Origin: a virus
Lineage: Duplodnaviria; Caudoviricetes
DNA length: 64,000 nucleotides
Strand: one strand, 5' to 3'
IMG/VR virus record: IMGVR_UViG_3300032225_002102
Coordinates: 32,001-96,000 of that record
Shown piece after piece: positions 1-9,301 of this stretch. A program made the position numbers and the translations under genes. Numbering within the stretch: position 1 is the stretch's first letter; every line of letters begins with the position of its first letter. The notes under the pieces were generated by a model. That model did not search any database and was not told the DNA's origin. It saw only the letters and a program-made list of their open reading frames with translations.

Positions 1-19
1 AATTTAAATTTTAATAATT

Positions 20-616
20 TTACACATTTGAAATTAATATACTCTGAATAGGGATACATACTACATTACATGCTGTACCACCTGTTATCCATCTAAAATT
101 ACCACAACCATCAAATTGATAAATTTCACTTACTGTTCCAGTACATCTTTGAGTATATGGAAAATAATTTACCCAATTAGGTACACAAATAGTTACACAA
201 GCATTTCCAGATATTTTACCTATTTGTGTTTGATTATAAGTTGGAGAACAAGGATTAAGATCTTTTTCAATAATGCGAGATTGAGCTTGAAAACAAATAA
301 AATTTGAAGTTTCTATCCAACTAGGGGTATTATTGCATTTTCCTTCATTCACCAAAATCCATCTGGTATTTCCACAACCATCACTTTGTTGCTTTCTACT
401 ATTACAATTTACACATTCTTCAAGACCTGTGTTTTTCCAATTAGTTTCACAAGAAAAACTACAAGGATTACCAGATGGTTTAATTGTTCGGATCTTATTA
501 AATGATTTGCTTTTTGGGTTTATATCTTTTTCTCGCTTATAAGAAATTCCATTAATACAAAGATCTATATTAAGATTTACCCAAATTGGATTTCTATTAA
601 ATAAATTACAAAGCAT
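20..616 (-). CDS. Cys-rich repeat virion/tail-associated protein
   Basis: Alternating repeats EKD(I/L)NP.S..(F/Y)N and DGCGN.RWI, each twice; lies in structural operon. Confidence 0.55.
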   Translation of the reverse strand: MLCNLFNRNPIWVNLNIDLCINGISYKREKDINPKSKSFNKIRTIKPSGNPCSFSCETNWKNTGLEECVNCNSRKQQSDGCGNTRWILVNEGKCNNTPSWIETSNFICFQAQSRIIEKDLNPCSPTYNQTQIGKISGNACVTICVPNWVNYFPYTQRCTGTVSEIYQFDGCGNFRWITGGTACNVVCIPIQSILISNV

Positions 617-1049
617 CTGTTATTTTTTGTAATACTGTTTTTAAATCAGAATAAATAGTAAAACCAGCACCTGCTGAATCTACAACTCCAGGTTTTTCAA
701 CACTTACTAAACGATTATTTAAAGCAAGTATTGTCGCATTAATTGTATTTATTTGAGATTGCAACTGATTAATTTGAGTAATTCTTGCAGAATTTAACCC
801 AATTAAATAATCAATTACTTGTTGATAGGTTGATATATTTGGTTGTCCTGCAACTACAGGATTAGCAATTTGTACTTCATTAATAATGTGTAATCCAAGA
901 ATTTCAATAATTGCTTGAAGTGACATTCCATTAGTAATGCTAATTGCTTGTAAAATAGAAGGAGATACATCAGGTTTAATCTTATAAAAAACATCTGTAG
1001 AATCTACTTGTGTTGATCCACAATTTTGAGAACAGTTATTTTCACACAT
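606..1049 (-). CDS. Hypothetical structural protein with coiled coil
   Basis: N-terminal Cys cluster, heptad segment ITQINQLQSQINTINATILALNNRL; coupled to neighbours. Confidence 0.55.
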   Translation of the reverse strand: MCENNCSQNCGSTQVDSTDVFYKIKPDVSPSILQAISITNGMSLQAIIEILGLHIINEVQIANPVVAGQPNISTYQQVIDYLIGLNSARITQINQLQSQINTINATILALNNRLVSVEKPGVVDSAGAGFTIYSDLKTVLQKITDAL

Positions 1050-1447
1050 TATATTCGAGTTTTAAGAAATTTAATATCTGATTGTAATACTGCAATAGTA
1101 GCTAACATTTTTTGAAGTTTACTACATGTACTCAAACAATTAGTACAATCTTCTTCAATTAATGTTAGATCTAAATCACAATCTAAATTAGCTGAAGTAG
1201 TTGGTGTTTTTTTAAGTTTAATTATCTCATCAATTAAGATTTGAATAATATCATCTTTTTTTAAAGTAGTAGAAGCAGAAAGAGTTTTAATATCTATCTC
1301 ATTAACTCCATATTTTTGTACTTCATCATATAAGTTTTCAATTAAACTCTCAAATGAAGTAAAAGGTACAGTTTTACCTTTCCACTTTATGCATTTAGTA
1401 GTAATTACTGGATCACATACTGGAGTACAATCTTTACACGTTGCCAT
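1049..1447 (-). CDS. Cys-rich hypothetical structural protein
   Basis: CxxC motifs at both ends; structural operon. Confidence 0.55.
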   Translation of the reverse strand: MATCKDCTPVCDPVITTKCIKWKGKTVPFTSFESLIENLYDEVQKYGVNEIDIKTLSASTTLKKDDIIQILIDEIIKLKKTPTTSANLDCDLDLTLIEEDCTNCLSTCSKLQKMLATIAVLQSDIKFLKTRI

Positions 1448-1552
1448 ATTTATCCTTTAATATTTCTTTTTTTATTTTCCATACAGAAATTTTATAAGGT
1501 ACATCGTACTTTATATTCTGTAATAGTTTTTCAGCGTATTTAATTAATTCCA

Positions 1553-1828
1553 TTAGCAATTTGTACCAAATAAAGATTCAATATAAGATTCATATCTATA
1601 TTTACAAGGTTTTACCTCTGCAATCATTTCTTCCACCTGTCCAATATAATTGTTAATATTTGGGTGATGTGGGTATCTACTCTTTAAGCAATATAATCTA
1701 TCTAAAATAGAATTTACTTCTAAAAGAGTTAAAGTACAAGGAAACTTAGTTTTCTTTTCAAGCTGCTGTTGAGCTTTCTTTTGTGCTAATGTTAACCTTT
1801 TTCGTAAACATGTATTACATATTGCCAT
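1553..1828 (-). CDS. Small Cys-containing hypothetical protein
   Basis: ORF overlapping upstream gene in structural operon. Confidence 0.5.
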   Translation of the reverse strand: MAICNTCLRKRLTLAQKKAQQQLEKKTKFPCTLTLLEVNSILDRLYCLKSRYPHHPNINNYIGQVEEMIAEVKPCKYRYESYIESLFGTNC

Positions 1829-2303
1829 TACACTCTAATTTTTTAATTAATTTATCTGCTAAATTATAATATTCTGATGCTTTACTTACATCTGTTTTTA
1901 CTACATTAGATCCTGCTCTTAGTAATAAATCTACTTTATATAGTTTGTTAATTTCTTCTTCTGTTAAATCTTGTAACAAATATTCATTAAATTTGTTACT
2001 TAATTTCGTATGTCTAAGATAATTAAATTGTTTATATAAATTTGCATTTGGTGCTACTGAATATCTAAAAGTGTAAACACCATCTGGAAATTCTATTGCA
2101 TCATTAAAACAAAGTTTACCTAATGTAAGTACGTTTACTTGATCTGGTATAATATACTGATGATATACTTCATCTACCAAATTAGGGAATGTAACTTCCA
2201 CTACAGGATTAATTGGGTATTCGTAATACTCAGATTTATCCACAAATATAATAGAATCTGTAGAACCATCCTCATAAATAGTAAAATTTAATTTATGTCG
2301 CAT
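1815..2303 (-). CDS. Putative tail hub-type virion protein
   Basis: FPDGVYTFRYSV motif; synteny downstream of auxiliary capsid gene as in crAss-like phages. Confidence 0.45.
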   Translation of the reverse strand: MRHKLNFTIYEDGSTDSIIFVDKSEYYEYPINPVVEVTFPNLVDEVYHQYIIPDQVNVLTLGKLCFNDAIEFPDGVYTFRYSVAPNANLYKQFNYLRHTKLSNKFNEYLLQDLTEEEINKLYKVDLLLRAGSNVVKTDVSKASEYYNLADKLIKKLECNGNM

Positions 2304-2316
2304 TTTATATAAAATA

Positions 2317-2342
2317 AGAGGGAGGATAACCTCCCTCTATTA
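2317..2342 (-). terminator. Intrinsic terminator after auxiliary capsid gene
   Basis: agagggagg/cctccctct stem with T-rich tail on minus strand. Confidence 0.7.
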
Positions 2343-2353
2343 AAACATATCAC

Positions 2354-4684
2354 TTATAAAACAACTGCTTTCAATTCTGATCTTCCTGCACTCAATACAA
2401 GTTTATTCATTAATGTTTCAAATGATCTACCTTGACTTTGTGCAATAAAGAATTTATAATCTGTATATTCTTGATTCTTCAAGATATACGCATCTTTCTC
2501 TTGTCCTCTGTGTTTCAATCTTAAAGTATAAACATCATACATTAAGTGTCTCTTAGAAATTGGTTGGAAACCATTAATTTCATTCACAAAAGGATTGTTA
2601 GAGAATTTCTTACCTTCATAACCTGCTAATGCTGCAATTTCTGCTTCTTGTACGTACTCACCACTTGTTCCCAAGTTAAATGAAAGACGTTGCAATACTG
2701 TAGAATAAGTTTTAGTTTCATCACAAGGATTATTTGAGTAATCCAAAGAGTGAATATTAACTTGCAATAATACAGGTTTAATTTCATTTGGATGCCAGTT
2801 TGTATAACCTACAGTAGTACAATCTGTAAATGTTTTATTAAACACCGCAGTTTCTAATACTACACCACAAGCACAACATGGTTCGGTAGGAGTTGTTGGT
2901 ACAGTACAGTTTGGATAATTTGTAACTGCTTTGTAATCTTCCCACTGATAACCCATAAAGCTAGCAGGTTTACCAAATGTATATCTTTCTTCTAAACCAC
3001 AATCTAGTGTAGCAACACAATCAGATGTAATTTCTGTTACGTAACTAGCAGCACATTCTCCACGTACAGTTTCATTTGTAATGAAAGCTGGTGTTGTTGC
3101 TGTACCTGCTAAGTTTGTAGTTGCATTTACAATTGTAGGAGTTGCTAAAGTTGTTCCACCTACTGCTAAAATACCTGCTGTACCACTTGCCGTAATTGTA
3201 ATTCCAGCAGCTAAATAAGCAGCAGCATTAGCAGTAATAAAGTTATCACGAGTTACTGTTAAACTTGTAGCAAATGTAGCTGTTCTAGCAACACCACCAA
3301 TTGTTACAGTTGCTGTACCTGAAGTACCAGTAAGTGTTAGAACTGAAGATTTCTTAGTTAAACTTGTTTGTGTTTGTAACGCAACTGTTAAATCAGGATA
3401 AGCTGCTTGCAAATCCGCTAATCTATTTCCTAATCCACATTCTTTATCTGGAAGTGTAATACGGAATTGTTTAACTGTTTTATTACAAGTTTCACATGTT
3501 GACCATACCTTAGTAATAGTTTCAACTAAACATTGTTTTCCTTCTACTCCAATAATTGCGTATTCTGAAACACCTGCAAGTTGACTTGCAATAGTAGCAT
3601 CAGAAGTAGTGGTAGCAACTTTTACCAAATAAGTATCACCTAAATCAATACTTGAACCTACTTTAGAACTTGTAATTACACCTGTAATTGTAGGTAAAGT
3701 ACCATTGTAAAGAATTTTTACTTGAACAATTTTAACTCCATCTACAAGAGTAGAGCTAGTAGGACAAGTAGGACATGTATCACATAAAGGATACGTGTAT
3801 CTATTCATCGTGAAGTTTGCTGGTGCTGATGCACTTCCAAGTTGCCAGAATGAATAAACTGAATATCCATCCAAACTAGATTCACGAGTAATCTTTACAT
3901 TAGGATAAGCAGCTGCTAATTTACTAATTGTAGATACACCATCATCTTGAATCTCTAATTGATACTTCTTATACTCTGTTAATGTTGGAGTTAGAGCATC
4001 AGTAGTACATTTTTTAATTTTACTAGCTGTAATAAATTTGTTCAATGCAACTTGAACTAATTTACCACCTACTTCTGCAAATAAATTAGTACTATTTACT
4101 TTAGCTACAATTGCATCTGCAATAACATCACATGGAATATTACCACATGTATCTACTGCTGTACAATCTGATGGACACAATGTTTTATCAATTACTAAAC
4201 GATGTACAATTCTGTTTTTACCAAAGAAACGCTTGATGGGTTCTCCTTGTAAAATCAAATTAACATGAAGTGGTTTAGTATCCAACAATCCATTTAGAGT
4301 ACGTGAAGCATCTACTCCATCATAACCAATTGCAATCTTTTGTGTTTTAGCAGCACCTTGATCTGCTTTTTGTCCACTCCACGCAATAATATCAGAAGCT
4401 TCAAATTCAATTGTTGCTTTTGCTTTTTTAGTATGTCGAGAAAGAGCTGGTGATAGTTGTCCACTTGAAAAAGGAACACCTGTTTTTATGATAAAACGTT
4501 TGTTAGTTTTAAAACTTGGTGAAGCTAATGATACAGGTTCTCCTGCTGAATAATCATCTGCTGCAAAAACACCAAATTGTTCTGCTTCCAAACTTGATAA
4601 CTTTGCTCCTAAACTAACTGCTCCAGAGTTAGATACAAAAGGAGAAATAAATGCTTGCTCTAATTGACCAATAAATGAGTTCAT
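2354..4684 (-). CDS. Large virion protein, probable auxiliary capsid/decoration protein
   Basis: 776 aa, Thr/Ala/Cys-rich, own terminator, synteny MCP-X-ring-auxiliary capsid. Confidence 0.55.
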   Translation of the reverse strand: MNSFIGQLEQAFISPFVSNSGAVSLGAKLSSLEAEQFGVFAADDYSAGEPVSLASPSFKTNKRFIIKTGVPFSSGQLSPALSRHTKKAKATIEFEASDIIAWSGQKADQGAAKTQKIAIGYDGVDASRTLNGLLDTKPLHVNLILQGEPIKRFFGKNRIVHRLVIDKTLCPSDCTAVDTCGNIPCDVIADAIVAKVNSTNLFAEVGGKLVQVALNKFITASKIKKCTTDALTPTLTEYKKYQLEIQDDGVSTISKLAAAYPNVKITRESSLDGYSVYSFWQLGSASAPANFTMNRYTYPLCDTCPTCPTSSTLVDGVKIVQVKILYNGTLPTITGVITSSKVGSSIDLGDTYLVKVATTTSDATIASQLAGVSEYAIIGVEGKQCLVETITKVWSTCETCNKTVKQFRITLPDKECGLGNRLADLQAAYPDLTVALQTQTSLTKKSSVLTLTGTSGTATVTIGGVARTATFATSLTVTRDNFITANAAAYLAAGITITASGTAGILAVGGTTLATPTIVNATTNLAGTATTPAFITNETVRGECAASYVTEITSDCVATLDCGLEERYTFGKPASFMGYQWEDYKAVTNYPNCTVPTTPTEPCCACGVVLETAVFNKTFTDCTTVGYTNWHPNEIKPVLLQVNIHSLDYSNNPCDETKTYSTVLQRLSFNLGTSGEYVQEAEIAALAGYEGKKFSNNPFVNEINGFQPISKRHLMYDVYTLRLKHRGQEKDAYILKNQEYTDYKFFIAQSQGRSFETLMNKLVLSAGRSELKAVVL

Positions 4685-4770
4685 ATAATTTTATAGAGAA
4701 AAGATTATTCGTTTAGTATTTATCTCTTTATCCTACCAAACGTGTTTACAAATAACGGTAAACAAACGTT

Positions 4771-5427
4771 TTATTTTTGTTCTCTTTCTTTAGATGTTTG
4801 AAAACCAAACTGATCTTCAAATTCTCTATTGATTTCTGTAACTACTCTGTTAATAATTTCACCTGATATGTATTCCGAAACATCTGGATCTATATCTTCT
4901 GATTCTCTACCATCATAATGCTTATATCCCTTCATATCAATTTTTCTAGGACTTTTATAATAACTTATAACAGTTTTATCTATTTCAAAATTATCTTTAT
5001 AAATAATAACCCCTCTATCTACTATTTCTCCCAAACCTCTTTCCCAAGCTAAACTTGGTTTTGTAAATTTATCTTCTAAATAAATATTTACATTTGGTTT
5101 TTTAATATAATTATATAAAATACATTTACCTACATAACTTTTACTTTCTGCTGGTAATATTGTATATAAATCTGAAGGGATTTCATATACTGAATATTCT
5201 TTATTATTTTCTATTCTAGTTAATTCTAAATCTTTAACTAATAATTCGAAAATAATAAATACATTATCTGAATTGTTATTATTGTCAACATAATCATTTA
5301 ACCATCGTAACGCTTCTCTATTATAAAGGTAAACAAAATTATGTTTTTCAATATTTACATTTTTATTTTGATTATTTTTATTTAGTAATAAAGAAAACTC
5401 ATAATATAGTTCGTTTACATTTCTCAT
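4771..5427 (-). CDS. Putative tail ring / head-tail adaptor protein
   Basis: Helical N-terminus, D.F.KP and YYKSP motifs, two genes after MCP. Confidence 0.55.
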   Translation of the reverse strand: MRNVNELYYEFSLLLNKNNQNKNVNIEKHNFVYLYNREALRWLNDYVDNNNNSDNVFIIFELLVKDLELTRIENNKEYSVYEIPSDLYTILPAESKSYVGKCILYNYIKKPNVNIYLEDKFTKPSLAWERGLGEIVDRGVIIYKDNFEIDKTVISYYKSPRKIDMKGYKHYDGRESEDIDPDVSEYISGEIINRVVTEINREFEDQFGFQTSKEREQK

Positions 5428-6329
5428 TTAATTTTGTATTTTTCGTTAATAAGAGTTCTAATTTTACTATATGCTTCAGCAAATTGAGATTTTTTAAGAT
5501 TTTCTTTTACTTCATCTTTAGTACCTCCTAAAACTAATCCATCATATACCCAATTTTTATCATCTGAATATTTAATAATATTATAAGATAATGCTGCATC
5601 AATAATAAAATTAATTTCTAAAAGTAATGGTTCTCTGAAGAATACTTCATGTACTTTTTGAGCATCTTTGTGTGAACTAATTGCATTCTTATATGTATCT
5701 AATTGATTATAAAGAATTTCAATTCCTAATTCACTTCTACTTGGAAGATCTAAAGCATGTGATACAGAAAGTAACCAACTTTTATTTTCTTCAAATGTTG
5801 CAATTTTACCACCAATTAAGTTTTTAATTTTAGCAATTTTCTTTTGAGAACTTGCATCTTCTTCAACATTAGAAAAATAATAAGTACAATTTAAATACTT
5901 AAATGTATTTGTATCTTCTAAACTTGGAGCTACAATACCTCCAGCAATTGCTGCTCTATAAACTAATTCATCTTCTGGTTTAGCTAAATTTAATTTAACT
6001 TCTTGGTTATTTGTTAAACATAATGGAATTCTAAAATGTAAAAGATATTCATTATCCATTGTAGGTTCTAAACTTTTACCTAATGCTTTTTCTAATTTCT
6101 TTCTATCTTTTAGAATTTCAAATTTAGCTTCTGGTTTTTTTGTTTTTAGAATTTCTTCTTCATCATCAGAAATATCTAAATTAAAACCTGTAATCCATTG
6201 ATTATTTTCTTTTCTTAAAAAACTTCCTTGTTTAGATTTTGGATATGCGTTACGCTTCCATTTTTTTTCTAAATCACCTTTTGTTGTTTCTTGTGTTACT
6301 TTACTTTTAATATATACAACACCATTCAT
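5424..6329 (-). CDS. Conserved crAss-like capsid-module protein (gene after MCP)
   Basis: Synteny and size (301 aa). Confidence 0.5.
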   Translation of the reverse strand: MNGVVYIKSKVTQETTKGDLEKKWKRNAYPKSKQGSFLRKENNQWITGFNLDISDDEEEILKTKKPEAKFEILKDRKKLEKALGKSLEPTMDNEYLLHFRIPLCLTNNQEVKLNLAKPEDELVYRAAIAGGIVAPSLEDTNTFKYLNCTYYFSNVEEDASSQKKIAKIKNLIGGKIATFEENKSWLLSVSHALDLPSRSELGIEILYNQLDTYKNAISSHKDAQKVHEVFFREPLLLEINFIIDAALSYNIIKYSDDKNWVYDGLVLGGTKDEVKENLKKSQFAEAYSKIRTLINEKYKIK

Positions 6330-6353
6330 ATTTTTATATTTTTATAAGTGATT

Positions 6354-6381
6354 AAAAGGTGGTATATTTCAACCACCTTTT
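6354..6381 (-). terminator. Intrinsic terminator after MCP
   Basis: aaaaggtggt/accacctttt inverted repeat. Confidence 0.7.
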
Positions 6382-6389
6382 ATATTTAA

Positions 6390-8102
6390 TTATTTACCGT
6401 AACTTACATAATTAGCACGAATTGTTCCATCTGGATCATATTCAAGTAACCATACACGAGAAGGATCTTGTACCCAAATCTCTCCTTCTGTTGCCATTCT
6501 AACACTTAAACCTTTATCCCAATCTGCAACTTGATTTCCTGCATTAGTAACACCCATCATTCGTAGCATATCAAGATCACAACCTGAACCTACTTTAAAT
6601 TCTGTAGTATCTTTGTAACCTCTACGTTTAATCATAGTTACGTTACGCAAATTATCAGGTTTTTTAATTCCTGTTGGGATAGCATTAGTGAAGTTACCAT
6701 CTGTAATATCTTCAATAAATACCATACCTGCTGAGTTCTGAAGATATGAACTGTATTGTACACTCTCCAAATAAGCATCAATGTTATCTAAAGTTTCATC
6801 GTGTTCAACTAATAGTAAACCTTGCTCTGGGAAGAAAATACCATTAAATTGTAGTGGACGATAAATGATTCCTCCTTTAGCATCTGTTTCAATCATTTTA
6901 GCTTTCAATAAAGCTGGATGATCTGCAAATACTGTAAATGGATTATCGGTTTTAAAATAAGCAGAGAATTGTTTACGTAATTCTTGAAAAGCTAATTTAC
7001 CTGCTCTTAATCTAACAACACGATCCTGTGGAGATACCATGCTATGAATTGAAAACAGTGTTTCAGAAAAATTTAATACTAAATTAAATAGTTGTCTAAA
7101 ATCTGAATAAGTATCCCAGTTACCACGTTGCTTAATTTGTTGATAATAACCTAATCCCATTGTTACTCTTTCTCTACCATTAGAAAGGTAAGTATTACCT
7201 TGTGACCATGTTAAGAAATTCTCTTTCATTTTTACCAATTCAGCAGCCATATTCTGCATAAATTGTGGAATCCAGAATACTCCTTTTGCTTTACCATCTG
7301 CTGTAGGTGTCCAATATTGCATTACATCCATTGTAGCACCTTGTAGGTGATTAAGCATTGGATGTGAAGCTTTTTCAATATTCAACTTACGATGAGTTGC
7401 ATCAGCAGTAATCCAAGTATGAACTGATTGTTCTGAATGTCCTACAGTATATTGGAATAATTGCAATGCTGATTTCTTATCCATTCCTGAATAACCACTC
7501 ATCTCATTAGTAAACTCACCATTAGATGAACCGTGTGATTTCATATAAGGAATACCTGGTTGTAAGAATTCTTGTGGATACCAAATATCATCTGATAAAC
7601 CATCAAGTGCAACCATATAACGGAAACCGTTTAGGTAAGGGATGATTTCAGCATCTTTACCTTTTTCCTGTATTGTTTGAACTCTAACTTGACGACCATT
7701 TCTCCAATCAGTAGTGAGAATATCACCATTAGTGTAAGCATTCTCTGATAATAGAATGAAGAAAGGTTTGTTACCTAAACCTGGTTTTGGATCATCTCCT
7801 GAAAGATTTTCAAGAATGAAAGGACAACCACGTTCAAATGGAACTCCAAATGTAAACGTTGAACCAGCTCCATCTACTTCCAATACGTTTTTATCCAATT
7901 CTGTAATTGAGATAAAAGGCATTTTCATTTTATTGAAGTTTTGCAACAAATTTAGAATACCCATCCACTGATTTTCAGAACCCATTACACGATCGAAGTG
8001 TGCTGATTCTAAGTGTTTATTACCTTGATAGGGAGATGTAATTGGTTGACCAATAGGTATCCCACCTATGTTAGCGTAACCATTTGGTGATAAATTTACC
8101 AT
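6390..8102 (-). CDS. Major capsid protein
   Basis: 570 aa, order portal-scaffold-MCP, crAss-like segments (MGLGYYQQI, IWVQDPSR), followed by terminator. Confidence 0.8.
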   Translation of the reverse strand: MVNLSPNGYANIGGIPIGQPITSPYQGNKHLESAHFDRVMGSENQWMGILNLLQNFNKMKMPFISITELDKNVLEVDGAGSTFTFGVPFERGCPFILENLSGDDPKPGLGNKPFFILLSENAYTNGDILTTDWRNGRQVRVQTIQEKGKDAEIIPYLNGFRYMVALDGLSDDIWYPQEFLQPGIPYMKSHGSSNGEFTNEMSGYSGMDKKSALQLFQYTVGHSEQSVHTWITADATHRKLNIEKASHPMLNHLQGATMDVMQYWTPTADGKAKGVFWIPQFMQNMAAELVKMKENFLTWSQGNTYLSNGRERVTMGLGYYQQIKQRGNWDTYSDFRQLFNLVLNFSETLFSIHSMVSPQDRVVRLRAGKLAFQELRKQFSAYFKTDNPFTVFADHPALLKAKMIETDAKGGIIYRPLQFNGIFFPEQGLLLVEHDETLDNIDAYLESVQYSSYLQNSAGMVFIEDITDGNFTNAIPTGIKKPDNLRNVTMIKRRGYKDTTEFKVGSGCDLDMLRMMGVTNAGNQVADWDKGLSVRMATEGEIWVQDPSRVWLLEYDPDGTIRANYVSYGK

Positions 8103-8108
8103 ACTTTG

Positions 8109-9227
8109 TTATTTGTTAAAATTAAATTGAATTTTCTTTTTACTTTCAGTAGGTCGAACACTTGTGTTATCAGGTGTTTTAACCTTAGTTTCATTAAACT
8201 GAAATTCTTTCTTTAATGATTCAGTAGTTTTTTTGTTTGTAACATTCTGTACAATCATTTGATCGTAATCTTCAGGATTGTTAATAAACATTGCTAACTT
8301 AATCATTGCTTGTGGATTAGCTTGCATTTGCAAAATTTTATAATCCAAAATATCTATTTTCTCACCAGTACCTTTAATAGTTCCTTTACCAAAAGCTGTT
8401 TGTAATAATTCTTCTCTTTTTTTAGGAGCAATTTTAATACTGTTGAGTTCTTTTTCAAATGCTAATTGTTTCTGAACCATCAATTGTTGCTGTCGTCTAT
8501 TCTGTATTTCAGCTTGTTTTACAACCTCTTCTTGTTTTGTTGCAAAATGATCTTGATATGTATCATTTACTAAATCAAATTCATCTTCAATTCCACCTGT
8601 ATTACTTACTTGATCTAATTTACGTTGAACTTTATCTTCACTCCATTTGGTTACTTCTGTGTAATATTTTTCAATTACTTTGAGTTTACCTTTATCTGTG
8701 GAAGTATCAATTGAATTAATTTCTCTTTGTTCTTCAATTACAGATAATAAATCACCTACATTACCACCATTTTCTCTTAAAGTTAAAAGTTGTTCAATGA
8801 TTGGATCTGAACTTTTTACTTCATTGTACTTAGCTTCAATAATTGCTTCATCTAACTGCTCTTGAAAATCTACTAATTCTTCTCCACTTAATTCTGATAA
8901 TTCTTCTTCATCTACATCAAAATTATACTTTTCAATTTTCTTTCTTAGAATTGCTCTAACAGCTTCTTCTTGTAAAGATTTAGTATCCGTTTTAGTTTTT
9001 TTAGTAGGCTCATTTGATTCTTCTTTCTCATCAAATGTAACTTCTTCTGCTTTTGCTAAAACTACTTCTGGTTGTTCAACCTCTTTTTCTTTTATTTCTT
9101 TTGTTTCTACTGAAGGAACTACTATTTCCTCTAATGTAGGTTGAACTATTTCTTCTACTTCTACAGGATTTCCCCAATCAATATCATTAGCTGTTAATCC
9201 TTGTGTTTTGTTCAAATCAATTTCCAT
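8109..9227 (-). CDS. Acidic scaffold-like protein
   Basis: Glu-rich coiled coil between portal and MCP. Confidence 0.6.
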   Translation of the reverse strand: MEIDLNKTQGLTANDIDWGNPVEVEEIVQPTLEEIVVPSVETKEIKEKEVEQPEVVLAKAEEVTFDEKEESNEPTKKTKTDTKSLQEEAVRAILRKKIEKYNFDVDEEELSELSGEELVDFQEQLDEAIIEAKYNEVKSSDPIIEQLLTLRENGGNVGDLLSVIEEQREINSIDTSTDKGKLKVIEKYYTEVTKWSEDKVQRKLDQVSNTGGIEDEFDLVNDTYQDHFATKQEEVVKQAEIQNRRQQQLMVQKQLAFEKELNSIKIAPKKREELLQTAFGKGTIKGTGEKIDILDYKILQMQANPQAMIKLAMFINNPEDYDQMIVQNVTNKKTTESLKKEFQFNETKVKTPDNTSVRPTESKKKIQFNFNK

Positions 9228-9301
9228 TGTTGTAAAATTATTGTTTTATAGTTTATGTTTTATTATATGTTGCAATAAAAATATTTTTTGCTTATATAGC
9301 A

